From: an uncultured Nitrospinota bacterium
Lineage (GTDB): Bacteria > Tectomicrobia > Entotheonellia > J063 > CAVPRW01
Assembly (NCBI GenBank): GCA_963707985.1
Contig: CAVPRW010000015.1
Location: 96,001-160,000, forward strand
Length of the DNA: 64,000 nucleotides
Direction: 5' to 3'
Made by a program: the position numbers and the translations under genes. The notes under the pieces are model-generated. The model ran no database searches, was not told the DNA's origin, and saw only the letters and a program-made list of their open reading frames with translations. This document shows positions 41,672 through 49,983 of the stretch, in pieces (the first letter of the stretch is position 1; each line of letters opens with the position of its first letter).

Positions 41672-42268
41672 CTATGGGGCAAGAACCAGAGCCTGCGGTG
41701 CCGTCCAGTTTATCGATGTGCACCAGACCTCCTTGAAGCCCATGGTGCTGCCTCCCAGCTGGTTGCGCATCTCAACGGCATCTTCTTGCCCGATAAGCAC
41801 CTCTCGCGAGCAGTCAATCAACAAAGTTGTCTTCGCGCGCTCGGCTGGGCCGTAACGCTTAGGTTGTCCCTTCTGGTCAAGGGCCTTGGCTATCCACTCT
41901 GGAGGGGAAATCCTTCGGACCGGCCCAGAGAGCAGGACACCAGTCACACCAAAGCCCGGACTTGGTGTTACGCTTTCGACCCCCTGGAGTGTTACAGTCA
42001 AAACAACCTCTTCCCCGCGGGCGCGGTACTCCCGAGCGGCAACCTCATAAAGACGCTGGACGCGACGTTCTGCCGCAAGTAGTTCACCAGACTCTACCGC
42101 TTGCACGACCTCAACCCAAATCTCCTTGTTCGCAGTCGGGTCTGAAAGGATAAAGTCGGGAAAGTCCTCTACATGATCGCTGCGGATTGCAAGTTCAACA
42201 CCATGCATGATACGGAACGATTCGATGAACAACGCAATCGCCTGTTGCTCTTGAGCCTTGTCTGGCAT
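41672..42268 (-). CDS. Integron cassette 3: hypothetical protein, possible PD-(D/E)XK nuclease fold
   Basis: Fills the space between attC2 and attC3; EDFPDFIL...IWVEVVQA. Confidence 0.7.
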   Translation of the reverse strand: MPDKAQEQQAIALFIESFRIMHGVELAIRSDHVEDFPDFILSDPTANKEIWVEVVQAVESGELLAAERRVQRLYEVAAREYRARGEEVVLTVTLQGVESVTPSPGFGVTGVLLSGPVRRISPPEWIAKALDQKGQPKRYGPAERAKTTLLIDCSREVLIGQEDAVEMRNQLGGSTMGFKEVWCTSINWTAPQALVLAP

Positions 42269-42352
42269 GGTTGTTCCCCATCAACCCTTTCGTTTGAGCG
42301 GCAAACTCCATGGGCAAGGAACTCAAATGCCCCCATCCTGTGTCAAGCAGTT

Positions 42353-42434
42353 GCCGAACGCCCGTGGTGAGCCGCGCCTGAAAGCTGAAGCGAAGCGTAG
42401 GCTGTAGGGCGTCGGCTCCAGTGCCTGGTTCGGC
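42353..42434 (-). other. attC site 2 (82 bp)
   Basis: Minus strand GCCGAAC..CTGGAGCCGACGCC...GGCGCGGCTCAC..GTTCGGC. Confidence 0.9.
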
Positions 42435-42547
42435 TGGGGATGTGCACTGAGCACCGCTCTCCAGAACCCCTGCACACCTCACACCTTTGCTCCCGCTTCT
42501 CATACCTCCCAGGGACGGAATAGCCCCTCCGGGTCAGCGCTACGCCA

Positions 42548-42736
42548 TCATGCGGGCACCGGCACACCCAGTTGCTTACAGATGCGGGCCGCCGTGAACT
42601 CAGGGATCTGGTTATGGCGTGGTACCGAGGCCCGACGATGCGTCGCGGGATTTTCCCAAATCGAATGTTCTCCGCCTTCCCGTACGAATTGACACCCGTG
42701 CTGCTGCAAGTGGCGGAGCAGGTCGCGCCGTCTCAT
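42548..42736 (-). CDS. hicA: HicA-family toxin (cassette 2)
   Basis: MRRRDLLRHLQQHGCQFVREGGEHSIW..SVPRH..RICKQLG; ATGA overlap with hicB. Confidence 0.9.
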   Translation of the reverse strand: MRRRDLLRHLQQHGCQFVREGGEHSIWENPATHRRASVPRHNQIPEFTAARICKQLGVPVPA

Positions 42737-43017
42737 GGGACAGCCGGCTGGGGCACAACGCGGATATGCGACGCGGCGGTCAGTAGCAAATGAATCGGCT
42801 CTTCCAAATCGGCCTCTGGATCGGTACACGAGGGATCAGGCTGAGGGAGCGGCTCGCCACGGAGCAAGGCGGTCTCCGCCATGTCAACCAAGGCGGTCGC
42901 CAGCAACCGACGGGCTTCTTGCAGAGTGTCCCCAACGGTAATAGTGCCGGGGAAATCTAACACTTCCGCATGGACATTGTGCTCAAGAAACTTATACATC
43001 GCTTTGTAGGTCAACAT
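42733..43017 (-). CDS. hicB: HicB-family antitoxin (cassette 2)
   Basis: AEVLDFPGTITVGDTLQEARR..GEPLPQP. Confidence 0.88.
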   Translation of the reverse strand: MLTYKAMYKFLEHNVHAEVLDFPGTITVGDTLQEARRLLATALVDMAETALLRGEPLPQPDPSCTDPEADLEEPIHLLLTAASHIRVVPQPAVP

Positions 43018-43074
43018 ACCTCACTGTCCCAGAAGCTTGTTGTTCCGTCATGACAAGAATGCTACACCGTACAC

Positions 43075-43103
43075 AGCCTACACGATACCTCTATGGTCGG
43101 CAA
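43075..43103 (-). promoter_or_regulatory. Candidate cassette-internal promoter for hicBA
   Basis: Minus strand TTGCCG-N17-TAGGCT. Confidence 0.45.
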
Positions 43104-43110
43104 AGCGGAA

Positions 43111-43202
43111 GCCGAACGACGAATAAGCGTTAAGCGGCCGCGAGACCCATAGCTGGAGGCACCCCCGCGCCGGCCGCGGTCCGCTTCAACACCTGGTTGG
43201 AC
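43111..43202 (-). other. attC site 1 (92 bp)
   Basis: Minus strand GTCCAAC..TTGAAGCGGACCGCG...CGCGGCCGCTTAA..GTTCGGC. Confidence 0.85.
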
Positions 43203-43398
43203 GACCCGCGCACCGAGTGGGGCACTTCCGTCCTCTGGAATGTATACCAGCCCATTACCCGCGACAGGCCCCGTCGATCACCGCCGAGGGCATCCAACGG
43301 CCGGTATGGTGGCGACGACAGAGGGAACTCCAGGCGTTCGTCACTGCCCTGCATCGTCCTGGGCCACGATGGGCGCGGCGTCAGGGCAGACCCCTCCC

Positions 43399-44604
43399 TC
43401 AGCCGTCCAGGACCAACGCTTTGCTGGTGGCTCCTGCCGCCACCTCCGCTGGGGGTGGCATCCGCCACCGTGGAATCAGGTCGCGGCAGACCAGCCGTTG
43501 CCCACACACGGGACAGCGTTCCGGATGCTCCGCACCCTGCTGGCGGCATGCCGTCTGCCAGTCTCGCACCACGGGCACTTCCACCGGCCCTTGCCCCACG
43601 TGCCCTCGGCCAATGGCCAACATCTCCCGCTTGGTGGGCGCGTACAGCCCCTACGATCGCACCACCCGGGTGCCCGGTGCCGGCACGTGGAGTCGATAGC
43701 GCCCGATGAACTCCGCGATGGGCAAGGTCATGAGGCCACGTGGCCGGCGGTCCGACGCCTCACCATTGACCCGGTAGCGGAAGGTGACCTCCCCGTGGGC
43801 GCTCGAGACCAGCCGCTGCTTGGCGAGCGGCCCACCCCGCACGTACCGCGCCAGATCGATGAGCACCCCCGTCCCGTGTGGAGAGCGCTCGCAGATGGGC
43901 ACGTTCCACTTCGCGCGACCCAGCTTGTTGAGCAGGTTTTCACAGCGCTGCGGACGCATCCCGTCGGGCAGCTGCAACGGCTCCTGACGCACCGCCCGCC
44001 GGATGGCCGCGAGCAGCTTGCCCCGGAAGAGGGCCATGACCACCCGCGAGGGGAGCAAAAACCCGTGTCGCACGGGCACCCATCGACCAGTGTTGGTCAG
44101 GCCCCCACCGGTCACCAGGGCGTGGATAGGCGGATGGAGGCGCAGCGTCTGGGTCCACGTGTGCCACGTGGCGAGGATGCCGGGCGTGGCGCCCAGAGAG
44201 GTGGGATCGCCTCGCAACTCCAGCCAGGTGTCGCGCACACAGGCAACTAGGAGATGGGTCATCACGGCGACGTTGGCCAGCCACAGGTCATGCCGTTCAC
44301 TGGGGATGGTGCAAATGACCTGGTCATGCGCACAGGCGAACAGGCAGGCCTTCTGTGGCACCAGCCAGCGCTCGATCTGTAGCCAGGCACATGGCGGGCA
44401 CATCCGATGGCGACAGGAATGGTCCCAAATCCGGTCGATATGTCCCTCGGGACAGGATTGGATAGGCCCACCGAGCCGCGCGGTACGACAGGCAAGCATC
44501 GCCTGCACCCCACGACGCACATAGCCAGCCAGGGCATGGTCATGCGCATACGCTTCATCACCCTGTTGCAGAATCTTGTGTACGGTGATCTGGTGTGATT
44601 TCAA
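43399..44604 (-). pseudogene. IS91-family (Y2/HUH) transposase, degenerate; cargo of cassette 1
   Basis: Zn-binding SCRHRMCPPC, HTW..LHPPIHALVTGGG, LARY, VRS*GLY with in-frame TAG at 43651-43653, C-terminal CPVCG. Confidence 0.88.
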
Positions 44605-44657
44605 TCACACATCATCCTATCGGCGTTTCGCGTCACATCCCCCGCCGATGCGGGTTC

Positions 44658-44711
44658 GTCCAACATAGAGTAGGCCCGCTAAACGTCGTGATCTATCACC
44701 ACGTTTAGCGG
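44658..44711 (-). other. attI site
   Basis: Minus strand L-like GGCCTAC, 5-bp spacer TCTAT, R box GTTGGAC; upstream GTTTAGC repeat; lies between intI and the first cassette. Confidence 0.7.
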
Positions 44712-44761
44712 ATATATCCACTTTGCCATTGATATGAAAGCACGGTATACTATGAATTGTC

Positions 44762-45781
44762 TTGACTTTTCTGGAATTATACGAAAAATTTCCGCTATTA
44801 TACGGTAGGACACGGCTGGACAACAAGCCGAAACTCCTCGATCTCGTACGCAACACCATTCGCCTCAAACATTACAGTATTCGCACAGAACGAGCCTATA
44901 TCGATTGGGTCAAACGCTTCATTCTCTTTCACCACAAAAGGCATCCCGCCTCTATGGGTGCACCGGAGATACGTGCCTTTCTGTCTTACCTGGCGGTGGA
45001 GGGGAGGGTGGCCGCCTCTACCCAAACCCAGGCATTAAGCGCTCTCGTTTTCCTGTACAGGGAAGTTCTCCATCGGGACGTCGATTCACTTGGGAAGGTG
45101 GAACGAGCGAAGAAGCCTGAACGCCTCCCAGTGGTGTTTTCCCATGCGGAAGTCCGTGCCGTCCTCGCCCATCTCGACGGCCAACACTGGATGATGGCTA
45201 GCCTTCTGTATGGCGCAGGGTTACGCTTGATGGAGTGCGTTCGCCTCCGCGTCAAAGATGTCGACTTTACTTACCGCCAGATCCTGGTGCGCGACGGCAA
45301 GGGGCAAAAGGATCGTGTCAGTATGCTTCCACAAGCCATCACCGAGCCACTCCGGCAACATTTGGAAAAAGTCAAGGTCCTGCACGAAGAGGACCTGGCA
45401 GAAGGTTTTGGCGAGGTGTATCTGCCGTTTGCGCTTGAGCGGAAGTACTCCGGCGCCAGCCGTGAGTGGGGTTGGCAGTATGTCTTTGCCGCCCGCAGGC
45501 GCTCTATTGACCCGCGCAGCGGCAAGGAACGTCGGCATCACATCGATGAGAAGACGCTTCAGGAGGCGATGAAGAAGGCCGTGCGTGCGGCAAAGATCGC
45601 AAAACCGGGCAGCTGTCACACCTTGCGTCACAGCTTCGCGACCCATCTGCTCGAAGCCGGCTATGATATCCGCACGGTACAGGAGCTGCTAGGCCATAAG
45701 GACATACGCACGACAATGATCTACACCCATGTGCTCAACCGCGGCGGGAAGGGCGTGCGCAGCCCATTGGATACGATGTAA
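44762..45781 (+). CDS. intI: Integron integrase
   Basis: [34 protein letters not shown], integron-specific insert [46 protein letters not shown]. True start may be CTG 44816. Confidence 0.97.
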   Translation: MTFLELYEKFPLLYGRTRLDNKPKLLDLVRNTIRLKHYSIRTERAYIDWVKRFILFHHKRHPASMGAPEIRAFLSYLAVEGRVAASTQTQALSALVFLYREVLHRDVDSLGKVERAKKPERLPVVFSHAEVRAVLAHLDGQHWMMASLLYGAGLRLMECVRLRVKDVDFTYRQILVRDGKGQKDRVSMLPQAITEPLRQHLEKVKVLHEEDLAEGFGEVYLPFALERKYSGASREWGWQYVFAARRRSIDPRSGKERRHHIDEKTLQEAMKKAVRAAKIAKPGSCHTLRHSFATHLLEAGYDIRTVQELLGHKDIRTTMIYTHVLNRGGKGVRSPLDTM

Positions 45782-45791
45782 GTTGAGGGCT

Positions 45792-46112
45792 CTATATGGA
45801 AGGGCAGTGAGGCGATAATTGCCGTGGTGCATGCGCAGGGACATCATCGATGCCCCCGCTCAGCGCCGGAATGAAATGGATTTCGCTGGATTCCTGTACG
45901 TCTTGCTCCAGCCCCTCAGGACTGACATCGCCGTCGATCGCGACGGCGATGTGCGGCCGGATCTCCCCACCTTGCACTAACCGGTCCTTGACCCCTGGAA
46001 AACGCGCCTCAAGGTTCTCGATAACCTCCCCCACCGTGGCTCCGGACACCACAACTTTGTCCGCACCGTCGGTGAGGCTCTGCAATAGAGAAGGAATCCA
46101 CACAAATGCCAC
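45792..46112 (-). CDS. MoaD/ThiS-family sulfur carrier
   Basis: IPSLLQSLTDG, GATVGEVIENLEARFPG, IHFIPALSGG followed by a 19-aa extension. Confidence 0.85.
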   Translation of the reverse strand: MAFVWIPSLLQSLTDGADKVVVSGATVGEVIENLEARFPGVKDRLVQGGEIRPHIAVAIDGDVSPEGLEQDVQESSEIHFIPALSGGIDDVPAHAPRQLSPHCPSI

Positions 46113-46117
46113 GGTTT

Positions 46118-48376
46118 CTAACCTTTGGCCAGCACTTCCGTCATCACCCGTCCCGGAGACATGGGGCTGTGGCGCAGACGCACCCCAGTGGCCCGATAAA
46201 TGGCGTTGGCAATGGCAGCTACTGGCGGCACAATTGGTACCTCCCCGACCCCACGCACGCCGAACGGGTGCCCTGGATTGGGCACTTCGACCAGGATGGT
46301 GTCGATCATCGGTAGGTCCAGGCTGGTGGGCATTCGATAATCGAGGAAGCTGGCGTTGGCCATGCTGCCCTTGTCGTTATAGAAATATTCCTCGTTGAGC
46401 GCCCAGCCGATGCCCTGCACGGCGCCTCCCTGCATCTGTCCTTCCACATAGCTCGGGTGGATGGCCTTGCCGACATCCTGTACCGCGGTATAGCGCAGGA
46501 TCGTGACTTTGCCGGTTTCGGGATCGACCTGGAGATCGACGATGTGCGTGGCAAATGCCGCCCCGACCCCTCGTGGCGCCACCGTGGCGCGTCCCGTCAC
46601 CGGCCCTCCCGTACGCCCAAGCTGCGCGGCGACCTCTTTAAAGGCCAGACGTTGATCGGCTGCATTGGTTTGATGAAACACCCCGTCAGCAAAGGTCACC
46701 TCTGTCGGCTCGACCTTCCAGATCCGCGCGGCGCGCTCGGTCATCTGACGCACGACATCCTGGGCCGCCTCGATGGCGGCATAGCCGGAGGCGAACGTGG
46801 TACGACTGCCACCCGTGACATCGTTGTAACCGACGCTGGCGGTATCCGCCACGATCGGGCGCACTTCTTCGGCCTTCAAGCCCAAGACCTCGGCGGCTTG
46901 CATGGCAATCGAGGCGCGCGTTCCGCCGATATCCGTGGAGCCTTCCACGAGCGTCACGCTGCCGTCAGCATTGACGTTGATCGACACACTGGATTGCAGG
47001 CCGACATTAAACCAATAGCCCGAGGCCACACCGCGGCCAACATTAGGTCCCTCCAGTGGCGTGCGGTAATGATCACTATCGAGCGCCGCCTGGACGGTGT
47101 CCAGATAGCCAATACGAGGATGGGTCGGCCCGTCGGGGCGTCGCGTGCCTTCCTTCGCGGCGTTACGTAGGCGGAACTGCAGGGGATCCATGCCTAACTT
47201 CTCGCATAGCTCGTCGACGACCGTCTCGGAGGCAAACGCCGCATTCGTCGCCCCTGGCGCCCGGTACGGGGCGGTTTTCGGCTTGTTGACCATGACGTCA
47301 AAGCCATCGATCAGGACATTCGGGATGTCATATGGGCTGAAAATACACATCATGCCGGCGCCAATCGGCGAGCCGGGATACCCTCCCGCTTCGTAGGCCA
47401 TGTAGGCTTGGGCTGCCGTGACACGCCCATCTTTGGTGGCGCCCATTTTCACGCGGATGTATGACCCAGGCGTCGGCCCCGTGCTCTCGAACACCTCCGC
47501 CCGATTCATCAGCACCTTGACCGGATGTCCGGTTTTCTTGGAGAGCACAGCCGCGATGGGCTCCAGGTACAGGTTGATTTTACCGCCAAAGCCGCCACCG
47601 ATCTCCGCCGGAATGACGCGGATCTGCGCCACCGAGATACCGAGCACCGGCGCCAATTGCCGTTGGACCGTGAAGGCACCTTGCGTGCTTTCCCAGATGG
47701 TCAACTGTCCATCCGGATTCCACATGGCCGTGGCGTTGTGCGGCTCGATATACCCCTGATGTACGGTGGCGGTGGTGAATTCGCGCTCGATGACGACATC
47801 AGCTTCCTGGAAACCCTTCTCCACATCCCCCAGCTTGAACTGGGTGTGGGTGGCGACATTGCTGACTTTGTCGGTCTCCTGCCCGAGAGATTTGGTCTTC
47901 ATGTTCTCGTGCAGCAAGGGGGCGCTGTCTTGCATGGCCTCACGGACATCGAGCACGGGCGGCAGTACTTCATAATCGACGTGAATAAGCCCCAACGCCT
48001 CCTCGGCGAGGTGCGAGCTAGTGGCGGCTATCGCGGCCACCGGGTGGCCCTTGTAGAGTACCTTGTCCCCGGCCAGGATGTTGTTGCTCAGATACTTCAG
48101 ATTCACCGCCCCTTCACCGAGTTGGATGGTGCGATCTTCGGCGGGTGGCAGGTCCGCACTGGTCACGACGGCTTTGACCCCTGGGAGGGCTAGCGCCCGG
48201 CTGACGTCGATGGAGCGGATCCGCGCATGGGCATGGGGGCTACGTAAGACCTTGCCGTGCAAGAGCCCAGCCATTTGCACATCCGCGCCATAGATGGCCC
48301 GACCGGTCACCTTCTCCACACCATCGTGCCGTATGGGGCGTGTGCCAATGACTTTATAGGTTGTCGTTTCGGCCAT
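46118..48376 (-). CDS. Xanthine dehydrogenase-family molybdopterin-binding subunit
   Basis: RSPHAHA, GGGFGGK, YRAPG, GGSRTT, VEGQMQGG, GVGE. Confidence 0.93.
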   Translation of the reverse strand: MAETTTYKVIGTRPIRHDGVEKVTGRAIYGADVQMAGLLHGKVLRSPHAHARIRSIDVSRALALPGVKAVVTSADLPPAEDRTIQLGEGAVNLKYLSNNILAGDKVLYKGHPVAAIAATSSHLAEEALGLIHVDYEVLPPVLDVREAMQDSAPLLHENMKTKSLGQETDKVSNVATHTQFKLGDVEKGFQEADVVIEREFTTATVHQGYIEPHNATAMWNPDGQLTIWESTQGAFTVQRQLAPVLGISVAQIRVIPAEIGGGFGGKINLYLEPIAAVLSKKTGHPVKVLMNRAEVFESTGPTPGSYIRVKMGATKDGRVTAAQAYMAYEAGGYPGSPIGAGMMCIFSPYDIPNVLIDGFDVMVNKPKTAPYRAPGATNAAFASETVVDELCEKLGMDPLQFRLRNAAKEGTRRPDGPTHPRIGYLDTVQAALDSDHYRTPLEGPNVGRGVASGYWFNVGLQSSVSINVNADGSVTLVEGSTDIGGTRASIAMQAAEVLGLKAEEVRPIVADTASVGYNDVTGGSRTTFASGYAAIEAAQDVVRQMTERAARIWKVEPTEVTFADGVFHQTNAADQRLAFKEVAAQLGRTGGPVTGRATVAPRGVGAAFATHIVDLQVDPETGKVTILRYTAVQDVGKAIHPSYVEGQMQGGAVQGIGWALNEEYFYNDKGSMANASFLDYRMPTSLDLPMIDTILVEVPNPGHPFGVRGVGEVPIVPPVAAIANAIYRATGVRLRHSPMSPGRVMTEVLAKG

Positions 48377-48858
48377 TATACCTTCGCCTCCATGGTTTGG
48401 GCGGCATCCAGGACGGCCCGGATGATCTTGTCATAGCCGGTGCATCGGCACAGGTTGCCTGCCAACCAATAACGCACCTGATGCTCCGTCGGGTGAGGAT
48501 TTTTGTCCAGCAGGGCTTTTGCCGCCACGATGAATCCCGGCGTGCAAATGCCACACTGCAGCGCCGCATGCTCCAGAAATTTCTGCTGTATCGGATGCAG
48601 GCCATCAGGGCTGGCAATGCCCTCGATCGTGGTCACCTCACGCCCAGTCGTCTCGACCCCGAGCACACAGCACGAGTTGACCAATACCCCATCCAGAATG
48701 ACGCTGCAGGCTCCACAGTTGCCGTTATTACACCCTTCTTTACTACCGGTGAGGCCGAGAACGTCGCGTAATACTTCCAATAAGCTCTGGCGCGGCTCAC
48801 ACAGGAACTCGACGTCCTCACCGTTCAGCCGCGTTTGCACGTGTACTTTCGTGGGCAT
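48376..48858 (-). CDS. 2Fe-2S subunit (CoxS-like)
   Basis: GCNNGNCGAC, QCGIC, NLCRCTGY. Confidence 0.95.
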   Translation of the reverse strand: MPTKVHVQTRLNGEDVEFLCEPRQSLLEVLRDVLGLTGSKEGCNNGNCGACSVILDGVLVNSCCVLGVETTGREVTTIEGIASPDGLHPIQQKFLEHAALQCGICTPGFIVAAKALLDKNPHPTEHQVRYWLAGNLCRCTGYDKIIRAVLDAAQTMEAKV

Positions 48859-48861
48859 GTC

Positions 48862-49737
48862 TTACCGCTCCTTGGCTCGTTGAATGGCGCCTCGTAGCGC
48901 GCGTCGCGTGAGTACTCCTACCAGGTGTCGTCGATATTGCGCCGTTCCCCTCATGTCGTCGATCGGACGAGCCGCAGCCTGGGCGGCCTCAGCAGCCTGC
49001 TGGATGGTCTCATCGGAGACGGCTTTCCCCGCCAACGCCGCTGCCGCCGTCTCCACCAGCAGTGGCGTCGCCGCCACCGCCCCAAGGGCGACACGGCCGG
49101 AGACGAAGGACGATTGATCCTGATTCAACACGACCGAGGCACCGACCCCCACCACGGCGATGTCCATCTCATTGCGCGGGATGAAACGCAAGTACTGGGC
49201 CCCGAAGTGTGGCGGGGGCGACGGCATGCGGAGCGCAACAAGGAATTCGCCAGGTTGTAAGGCGGTGCGTCCTGGACCGGTGCAGAACTGCTCCACCGGC
49301 ATCTCGCGCCTGCCATTGGGGCCAGCGATGACACACACGGCGCTGTGGACGATCAACGCTGGAGTGGTATCGGCTGCCGGAGAAGCGTTGCACAGATTGC
49401 CGCCCACCGACGCTCGCCCCTGAATGGCTGTACCTCCCACCAGGGAGACGGCGTCGATCAGCCCCGGATAGGTTGCGGCGATCTCCTGGTGCTCATAGAT
49501 CCGATAACAGGGCACTGCGGCCCCCAGGGTGAGGCCCTGAGCGGCATTATAGGATAACTGGTTGAGCTCTGGAATACCCTTGATATCCACCAACATTGCC
49601 ACCTGTCGGCGGCCTTCCCGAACGGCGACGATGATGTCTGTCCCACCGGCGAGCGGACGTGCCTGATCTCCATGCTTGGCCAGTAGGGAGACGGCCTCAT
49701 CGATACTTTGCGCGGCAGCGTAATCGAAAGCCTGCAA
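48862..49737 (-). CDS. FAD-binding subunit (CoxM-like)
   Basis: LAGGTD, GGNLCNASPAAD, PIDDMRG; TTG start behind GGAGGTGGAG. Confidence 0.93.
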   Translation of the reverse strand: MQAFDYAAAQSIDEAVSLLAKHGDQARPLAGGTDIIVAVREGRRQVAMLVDIKGIPELNQLSYNAAQGLTLGAAVPCYRIYEHQEIAATYPGLIDAVSLVGGTAIQGRASVGGNLCNASPAADTTPALIVHSAVCVIAGPNGRREMPVEQFCTGPGRTALQPGEFLVALRMPSPPPHFGAQYLRFIPRNEMDIAVVGVGASVVLNQDQSSFVSGRVALGAVAATPLLVETAAAALAGKAVSDETIQQAAEAAQAAARPIDDMRGTAQYRRHLVGVLTRRALRGAIQRAKER

Positions 49738-49983
49738 GACTCCACCTCCCTCTTCAGAGCTCGCGTCCATCGTTCGGACTATGGTGAGCGAACCGGACTC
49801 CTAGGCATCGTGACGGAATTCTCCAGCGATGCTGAATGCTCCCAGGAGCATTGCCTCGGACAACAGGCGCTCACAGCGATGCCTGTAAGTCGTCTCATGA
49901 CCACGCATCATATACTCTAACCGAAGATCGAAATGCAAGCAAATCCTCGCCTCGCAGGAGTCGTCCGCCCGACCCGCGTGGCC

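Larger units (their letters stand above)
40477..45781. mobile_element. Integron: intI plus divergent four-cassette array
   Basis: intI, attI, three canonical attC sites and one atypical; for cassettes 1-3 the 5' GTT core complements the R'' box of the cassette's own attC. Confidence 0.92.

Noticed and set aside
41530..42434. Similar 82-bp repeats as a CRISPR array
   Set aside because: They are attC sites separated by whole genes; no short regular spacers or cas genes anywhere in the window.
43651..43653. In-frame TAG in the IS91-like transposase as pyrrolysine or read-through
   Set aside because: It replaces a Tyr of the R-x-YG motif by one base change in a gene with other inactivating substitutions.
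43197..44524. Long plus-strand ORFs over the transposase, and similar antisense ORFs elsewhere
   Set aside because: Shadow ORFs expected in GC-rich DNA, with no motifs of their own.
46118..49737. coxMSL-like operon as aerobic CO dehydrogenase
   Set aside because: The active-site loop is YRAPG, not the form I AYxCSFR; substrate unknown.
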